Source: Nitrospinaceae bacterium
GTDB taxonomy: Bacteria > Nitrospinota > Nitrospinia > Nitrospinales > Nitrospinaceae
Reading direction: 5' to 3'
NCBI GenBank assembly: GCA_965223665.1
Contig: OZ245011.1
Location: 2,016,001 to 2,080,000 of the forward strand
Length of the DNA stretch: 64,000 bases
Shown here piece after piece: positions 58,061-64,000 of the stretch (its first letter is position 1; every line of letters begins with the position of its first letter). The notes beneath the pieces are model-generated. The model ran no database searches. It was given only the letters and a program-made list of their open reading frames with translations, and had not been told where the DNA came from. A program made the translations under genes and the position numbers.

Positions 58061-59281
58061 TTGAAATTCGTCACATCGCGGATATTCAATTTAAACCAAC
58101 TCATTGTTCATTTTCTATTAGGGGCGTTTTTATTTGGCAGTGTTCCCACTTGGGCATCCGACCTTCGTGGCTTCGTGGAAGGTGAAGCACGACTGTTCCC
58201 AAACGATCCGGTGCTTCCAGGACAAAGAGACCAGCAGTTTTCCTTTCGATTATCTCCTGAGATTTATCATCAGTTCGACAATGGCGCCCAGTTTTATTTC
58301 ATACCTTATTTTCGATTGGACAGCGCTGACTCTGAGCGAACGCATTTTGATTTGCGCGAGTTGGATATTCTATATTCGATAGAACGTTGGCAGCTTCGTT
58401 TCGGCGTGCGCAAAGTGTTTTGGGGTGTGACCGAGGTGTTTCATCTGGTAGACATTGTGAACCAAACCGATCTCGTGGACAATCCCAACTTTGAAGAAAA
58501 GCTGGGCCAGCCCATGTTCAACTTAGTTTACAACACTGACTTTGGAACTCTTGAGTTTTTCGTCCTTCCCTATTTTCGAGAAAGAACTTTTCCAGGCAGC
58601 AAAGGGAGGCTTCGCCCACCACTGGTCATAGACACAGACAACCCCGTATACGAAAGCTCGGCAGAAGAGTGGCACACCGATTTTGCAGCTCGGTATTTTG
58701 TAATCTGGGATAAATTAGATTTAGGCATTTCTTATTTTGTCGGGACCAGTCGCGATCCCACTTTTAATGTTGGTTTCAAAAATGGCGAGTTAGTGTTGAT
58801 TCCTTTTTATGAACAAATTCAACAATTCAGCATCGACACGTTATACGTTTATAAACGCTGGATCTTTAAACTGGAAGCCTTATACCGAATGGACATGCGG
58901 CCCATGGACTACTTTGCTACCACGTTTGGTTTCGAATATACGTTCTCGGGAATTTGGGGCTCCATTATGGATTTGGGTGTGTTGGTGGAGTATATGTACG
59001 ATGAACGTGGAGCCCAATCCATTTTTCCGTTTCAAAACGATTTAACCTTTGGCATGCGATGGGCTATGAATGATATAAATGGAATCGAGTTTTTAGTCGC
59101 CTTCGTTCAGGATTTGGAGTATCCCTCGAAGTTTGTTTTTGCAGAAGCCAGTTCCCGTTTGACCGAACATTGGCGCTGGACGGTGGAAGCCCAGATCTTT
59201 ATGGACCAACCTCCCTCGGATCTCTTCTTTTTCTTACGCAATGACGACTTTGTCAAACTTTCCCTGGCTTATCATTTTTAA
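58061..59281 (+). CDS. Outer-membrane beta-barrel protein (DUF1302-like partner of LolA-like proteins)
   Basis: RTHFDLREL, G..KVFWGVTE..HLVD.VNQTD, PYFRERTFPG; C-terminal L.YHF. Confidence 0.8.
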   Translation: MKFVTSRIFNLNQLIVHFLLGAFLFGSVPTWASDLRGFVEGEARLFPNDPVLPGQRDQQFSFRLSPEIYHQFDNGAQFYFIPYFRLDSADSERTHFDLRELDILYSIERWQLRFGVRKVFWGVTEVFHLVDIVNQTDLVDNPNFEEKLGQPMFNLVYNTDFGTLEFFVLPYFRERTFPGSKGRLRPPLVIDTDNPVYESSAEEWHTDFAARYFVIWDKLDLGISYFVGTSRDPTFNVGFKNGELVLIPFYEQIQQFSIDTLYVYKRWIFKLEALYRMDMRPMDYFATTFGFEYTFSGIWGSIMDLGVLVEYMYDERGAQSIFPFQNDLTFGMRWAMNDINGIEFLVAFVQDLEYPSKFVFAEASSRLTEHWRWTVEAQIFMDQPPSDLFFFLRNDDFVKLSLAYHF

Positions 59282-59397
59282 AAACTTCCAGAACATCTCG
59301 AAATTTTCAAAAAAATAAGGAGGAAAAAGGATTCATAAATGTTTGAAATGGAAAACAAATACATTTTATGAACCATTTTCTCCTCAATTATTTATCG

Positions 59398-60768
59398 CTA
59401 AAAATTCTCAAACAAACTGCCGGCGACCCAGTCATTATCTCCCGGAGCCGTGCGTGAAAGACCTCCGCCGACGCTGGACTGAGTTCCACTTGCGGTATTT
59501 CCATTTCCACCACTCACACTGGAGACGGCTCCACTGGCCGTATTACCACCCCCTCCAAGTACACTGGCACCCACTGCACTGGCCACATTACCAAATCCTC
59601 CACTGACACTGGCGCGGAATCCGCTTGCCGTATTGCCATCACCTCCCAGAACGCTGGCGCCATCGTTATTGGCTGTATTATTATGTCCTCCGCTGACACT
59701 GGCGCGGGAGGCACTTGCCGTATTGTCAAATCCTCCGCTGACGCTGGCGTAAAAGGCACTTGCCGTATTCAGGAGTCCCGCACTGACGCTGGAGGTGAAC
59801 CCACTTGCTGTGTTTTGAGTTCCCCCACTGACACTGGAATAGGGCGCGGTGGTCTGATTATATCTACCCGCTACTAATGTTCCGAAACTGGTATAGTTAT
59901 TTCCAAAACCGATGACCACATTGTGGGAACCACTTTTGTCAGATGCCGGAGTACCGTCTCCATTGTAAGCGAAAATGGTTTCATCATAGCCGACGATAAG
60001 ATTGCCCAGACCATTGACGATTCCGGTAAATGTGTTGTCGGGATCCGAGGGATCGCCATTGGTGGAGCCTAATCCATTTCGGATATGAACGTTTACTCCG
60101 TCATAAAAAATGTCGTTGCCACTGCGAGTCACTCCTGCCAATAGAGCTTTCAAGGCATCGATTTCGGCTTGCAATGATTCAAGGGTAGGAGTGCCCCCGG
60201 TGTAAGTGACTTCCAGTGTCGGAGTAGTTCCGCCCGCTTCTCGGGAATCCATATCAATTCCATTCGTGGTTCCAGCTGTCCGGATGGTAATCCCGTTGTT
60301 GTCAAATCCGCCATCTAACCAGCCTTGAACCAAATTCACGCCGTGCACATTTAAAGGAATGGTAACTTGTCCTAAACTGAATGCGGGAATCACTCCGCGA
60401 ACCAATGCCGACCCGGACAAATCACTCCAATTAACCGTTCCTTCACTCCAGGCAGTGTTTTGCCGAATAATATTGTAGGCACCGCTACTCGCATCAAACA
60501 AATCAAGAATAATAGAAGCCGAAGTCACCGTAGCACCCGAAGGAATAGTCGACAAATCCCATTTAATGACGATCGCTTTTTCACCTCCGGAACCATCATC
60601 TCCATCGGCTTCAAGCGCCGTATCATTTCCAAAATTAGATCCCGGATTTGTTTCACTTATAAAACTATCCTCTGTTGCTTTGAATTGACTTGTGACTGCA
60701 AATGCGGAAACATTTATGAACATCAAAAATAAACTAATGACAAGATGGAACCTCCAAAATTTTCTCAT
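59398..60768 (-). CDS. DNRLRE/CBM96-domain surface protein with SVSGG repeats (third paralog)
   Basis: Same architecture; ends DWVAGSLFENF; GGAGGGAG RBS. Confidence 0.88.
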   Translation of the reverse strand: MRKFWRFHLVISLFLMFINVSAFAVTSQFKATEDSFISETNPGSNFGNDTALEADGDDGSGGEKAIVIKWDLSTIPSGATVTSASIILDLFDASSGAYNIIRQNTAWSEGTVNWSDLSGSALVRGVIPAFSLGQVTIPLNVHGVNLVQGWLDGGFDNNGITIRTAGTTNGIDMDSREAGGTTPTLEVTYTGGTPTLESLQAEIDALKALLAGVTRSGNDIFYDGVNVHIRNGLGSTNGDPSDPDNTFTGIVNGLGNLIVGYDETIFAYNGDGTPASDKSGSHNVVIGFGNNYTSFGTLVAGRYNQTTAPYSSVSGGTQNTASGFTSSVSAGLLNTASAFYASVSGGFDNTASASRASVSGGHNNTANNDGASVLGGDGNTASGFRASVSGGFGNVASAVGASVLGGGGNTASGAVSSVSGGNGNTASGTQSSVGGGLSRTAPGDNDWVAGSLFENF

Positions 60769-61385
60769 CTTCTGACTCCCTCCAAAGAAAAATAAACGAG
60801 CGAAATATTTTTTAAGTGGATGTTAATAATTTTCAAACAAACTTTCGACCACCGCGTCTTGAACAACTGTACGATTGACTCCACTGTTGCCATGGAAAGA
60901 ATTTTTACAAGCAACGTAGAACGCCCAACCCCTCATGCAAATAATGTTCTGAGGAATTTGGGGAATTGAAAAATAAAATGTAATCGTGAGGAAATGCTAT
61001 CTTTATTACACTCTCTTGTCAACGTTCTGGAAAAACCTTTCTTTCGGCTCAATAGGTGTTTAGTTATCCAGACGTATCTATTCGAAAGCAAAGGTTTTTT
61101 TGAAAATTGACTCATCGTTTAATTTTTCTCAAATTAAAAATTTTCAGAGAAAAAAATCAACAATCCCTCCTTTCGAAGATATTTAGGGTATCCGTAAATA
61201 ATGTTCCTGGTGCCATTGAAACCGGGAGACATCCAGGGAATCCCTTCCAAAAGGAACGTTTCCTCCCATAAATTCTTTCAGGATTTTTTTACCGAGTTCG
61301 GCGTTGTTTATATGGATCATCCGTGCTAGGATTTTGTAAAATCAGTCCTATCCATTCGCTTAAACTCATTCTGAGGGGGGAAATC

Positions 61386-62417
61386 ATGTTTTTTATCACC
61401 AATCGTACCATTGAAGAAGAACCGTTAAGCTCCGAACAATTGGCAAAGAAAAAGTCGCCCCGCCCCATCAAATTCAAAATGGATGATAACCAGGCAGGAC
61501 ACTCGTTTTATTTTTGCGAACGTAAAAAGAAAGATCACTATGTAGAAATTGGCTCTTCCAAGGCCATGGAACTCATCCGTAAAATGAGTAAGGTCAAAAA
61601 TATTCTGCTTTATATTCACGGGTTCAACAACATGCCGGAGAAACATATCTTCCCTCGTGCTGCACAACTGCACAAATTTTTTAACCCGGGAAGATCCACT
61701 TCGGTGTTTGTGGTACCCGTCATTTGGCCATGCGATAACGACCTGGGTGTGATTAAAGATTATTGGGACGATCAAAAATCCGCTGACCAAAGCTCCTTCG
61801 CGTTTGCCCGCGTTCTTGAAACTTTTTTTCAGTGGCGGGAGGAACAAGCGGAAAAATGCCATAACGATCCTACGAACAAAGACGTAATGTGTGATATTCG
61901 CATCAATGTTCTTGCGCATTCGATGGGTAACCGCGTGTTCCGCGAAACCATCGTCAATTGGGCGAAGTACGATCGCGGTGGCAATGTTCCTCTCTTATTT
62001 CGCAACGTGTTCCTCGTCGCGGCTGATGTGGTTAACGAAACATTAGAGCGAGGTCGACCGGGTAACCTCATCACTCAAAGCGCCCGCAACGTTTCCGTGT
62101 ATTACGCCAGTGACGACCTGGCTCTGCGCGCCAGTAAGGTGTCCAACCTGAAAAACAAAGTGGCGTCGCGACGACTCGGGCATTCCGGGCCGGAAAATCT
62201 GGAACTGATTCCAAGAAACGTTTACTCCATCGATTGCGATGGCTACAACACCAAATACGATAAACCGGCAGGCCATACCTATTTTCTCGATAACGGCACC
62301 GGCAAGAAAAATAAACCGGGCGTGGTGTTCAAGCACATTCAACAAAGTATCGATACCGGACGCGTGGAGGTGAGCAATCCCGAAACCCGCACCCACGTCT
62401 TCGAAAAAACTAAATAG
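61386..62417 (+). CDS. Alpha/beta hydrolase, DUF900 family
   Basis: FITNR, YIHGFN, AHSMGNR, D.AL.AS, RLG, H.YF; RBS before the ATG at 61386. Confidence 0.9.
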   Translation: MFFITNRTIEEEPLSSEQLAKKKSPRPIKFKMDDNQAGHSFYFCERKKKDHYVEIGSSKAMELIRKMSKVKNILLYIHGFNNMPEKHIFPRAAQLHKFFNPGRSTSVFVVPVIWPCDNDLGVIKDYWDDQKSADQSSFAFARVLETFFQWREEQAEKCHNDPTNKDVMCDIRINVLAHSMGNRVFRETIVNWAKYDRGGNVPLLFRNVFLVAADVVNETLERGRPGNLITQSARNVSVYYASDDLALRASKVSNLKNKVASRRLGHSGPENLELIPRNVYSIDCDGYNTKYDKPAGHTYFLDNGTGKKNKPGVVFKHIQQSIDTGRVEVSNPETRTHVFEKTK

Positions 62418-62570
62418 GCAGCCAGGCCCCGCCTGGAGGGAAAATTATTTTTCGATGATCTGTAGTGAATGCAGAATGCCAGAAACTTTTCGATAAGTGA
62501 GTGGGTTCTATATATAGAGAATTACCTTCAGAATAAAATATTTGAGGAACAATTGAATTAAATGGTCGGG

Positions 62571-63674
62571 TTATGAGCTGAGTTCGGCCCAGGTGAGGGG
62601 AATCCATTTTTTGACGGAGGTGTGGGCTTGTTCTATTTCTTCGGGAGTCATTTGTTTTTCCAGGGTCTGTTTATTTTGTTCTGCTTCCTTACGTTTTTTT
62701 CCCTGAAGCCCTTCGGAAACTTCATTCGGTTGCAGAGACAGCGAAATCCACTTGTAGGCTCGGACCTTGTCTTTCGGTTGGGAGCGTCCTTCTTTATAAA
62801 TTAATCCCAGATGGTACTGTCCCAAAGAATTGCCCTGCTCGGCGGCGTAGGAATACCAGTGCCTCGCCTGTTTCATATCTTTGTCCGTGCCCAATCCGTT
62901 TTCATACATGCGGCCGCAGTTCACCTGAGAAACAGGGTCCCCCTGCTTGGAGCCCAACTCATACCACCACAACGCAATGCCATAATTCTGCGGCACTTCA
63001 ATTCCTGTTTCAAAAAAACGACCCATGGCCACCTGGGCCTCCGGATCTTTTTTCTTCGCGGCTTTTTTGTACCACTCCAAAGCCGTTTTGGTGTCTTTGG
63101 GAACTCCCAGTCCTTTTTCATACATGGACCCTAACCCTGTTTGGGATTTGGCCCACCCGCGGTCCGCCGCTTTGCGGTACCAGTCCAGGGCTTTTTGGTA
63201 ATCCTGCCCAACCGCAGTGCCTTCCACATACATGTTCGCCAGATTATTCTGCGCCAGCACGGATCCCTGCTCGGCCGATTTTGAAAACAGTTCAAAGGCT
63301 TTCTTCAAGTTTTTGGGTACGCCGCGTCCGCGTCGATGCATTTCCCCCAGTTCAAACTGACTCCAGGAGTTGTTCAGCTTGGCAGATCGCTGAAACCATT
63401 GCAGCGCTTTTTTTGTATCGTACGGGACGCCCAGCCGCATGCTGTAAATTTTTCCCAAATAATATTGCGCCTTGGCGTTTCCTTTTTCCGCCAGGGGAGA
63501 CAGCACCTTCAACGCCTCTTTATGCTGACCGGTCCGGAACATGCGCACACCCTTTTTATATTCCGGCGAGTACCTGGGTTTAGCAGATTGTTCTGCCATG
63601 GCTGAGCCAACGCAAAGACCAACCAAAAGCGTCATAGTGATAAAAATTAATTTTGTAAATGAAGAAAGTTTCAT
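62571..63674 (-). CDS. Secreted Sel1-repeat protein
   Basis: Signal peptide; about 7 AQ..LG.MY..G.GV.KD...A..WY.KAA repeats. Confidence 0.95.
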   Translation of the reverse strand: MKLSSFTKLIFITMTLLVGLCVGSAMAEQSAKPRYSPEYKKGVRMFRTGQHKEALKVLSPLAEKGNAKAQYYLGKIYSMRLGVPYDTKKALQWFQRSAKLNNSWSQFELGEMHRRGRGVPKNLKKAFELFSKSAEQGSVLAQNNLANMYVEGTAVGQDYQKALDWYRKAADRGWAKSQTGLGSMYEKGLGVPKDTKTALEWYKKAAKKKDPEAQVAMGRFFETGIEVPQNYGIALWWYELGSKQGDPVSQVNCGRMYENGLGTDKDMKQARHWYSYAAEQGNSLGQYHLGLIYKEGRSQPKDKVRAYKWISLSLQPNEVSEGLQGKKRKEAEQNKQTLEKQMTPEEIEQAHTSVKKWIPLTWAELSS

Positions 63675-63910
63675 CCGTAAGCGTCTATCATTCCATAAAT
63701 ACCGAAAACTATTAATAATATTGAAAAGACCATCGAATAATAATACAAAAACTTTTTACCTAAAAATTTATTGACTCTATATGCAAGTGGGGTATCCCAA
63801 TATTTGGAAGGGCGTACAAAAAAAGGCCACTTCCTTATCGTTCCTATAAGGCAGATAATACCTAGAAAGGTAAACACAACGCAAGATATGAATCCGCTGA
63901 TACTTTTCAT
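63671..63910 (-). CDS. Small membrane protein resembling Imm17 immunity proteins
   Basis: G...LIG.I..W.FF....LG......Y.....I...G pattern; 79 aa; ATGA-type overlap with the Sel1 gene. Confidence 0.55.
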   Translation of the reverse strand: MKSISGFISCVVFTFLGIICLIGTIRKWPFFVRPSKYWDTPLAYRVNKFLGKKFLYYYSMVFSILLIVFGIYGMIDAYG

Positions 63911-63931
63911 TTTCTCAAAGAAATTTATATT

Positions 63932-64000
63932 TTAATTAAGGTAATCTTTCACCACAGGTATAGCAATTTTTAGGAACCCATGGAACTGTAACTTTAACCA
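63932..64000 (-). CDS. 3' end of a gene entering from outside the window
   Basis: Open frame WLKLQFHGFLKIAIPVVKDYLN*. Confidence 0.35.
   Translation of the reverse strand, partial: WLKLQFHGFLKIAIPVVKDYLN

Overview
Bacterial accessory region with no rRNA, tRNA, CRISPR array or transposase that I can support. The 42-aa TPR lipoproteins, lipoprotein globin and BON/Sel1 proteins remind me of Nitrospinota-type genomes, but that is an impression only. In order, the window holds: (1) a zinc-type homeostasis locus with a TonB-dependent receptor, a RAPP-motif leader ORF, a palindromic operator, Fur/Zur and a CDF transporter; (2) two decayed Rhs-core fragments, each in front of an orphan gene; (3) a methyltransferase and a multicopper oxidase-HYR fusion; (4) a duplicated four-gene module and a long AT-rich run of small immunity-like, ankyrin and Sel1 genes; (5) an RbfA-like + RtcB operon with an unannotated leader peptide and structured 5' leader; (6) an AbrB/Doc toxin-antitoxin pair; (7) a shuffled array of TPR lipoproteins; (8) an operon of a secreted TPR protein and a secreted caspase-like protease that share a 28-aa G/N/Q/D-rich, amyloid-signalling-like motif, which is my best candidate for an undescribed system; (9) a subtilase followed by a free-standing propeptide-like gene; (10) three DNRLRE/SVSGG-repeat surface proteins flanking two LuxR regulators, a LolA-like protein and a beta-barrel. 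All family calls come from motif recognition by eye; no searches were run.
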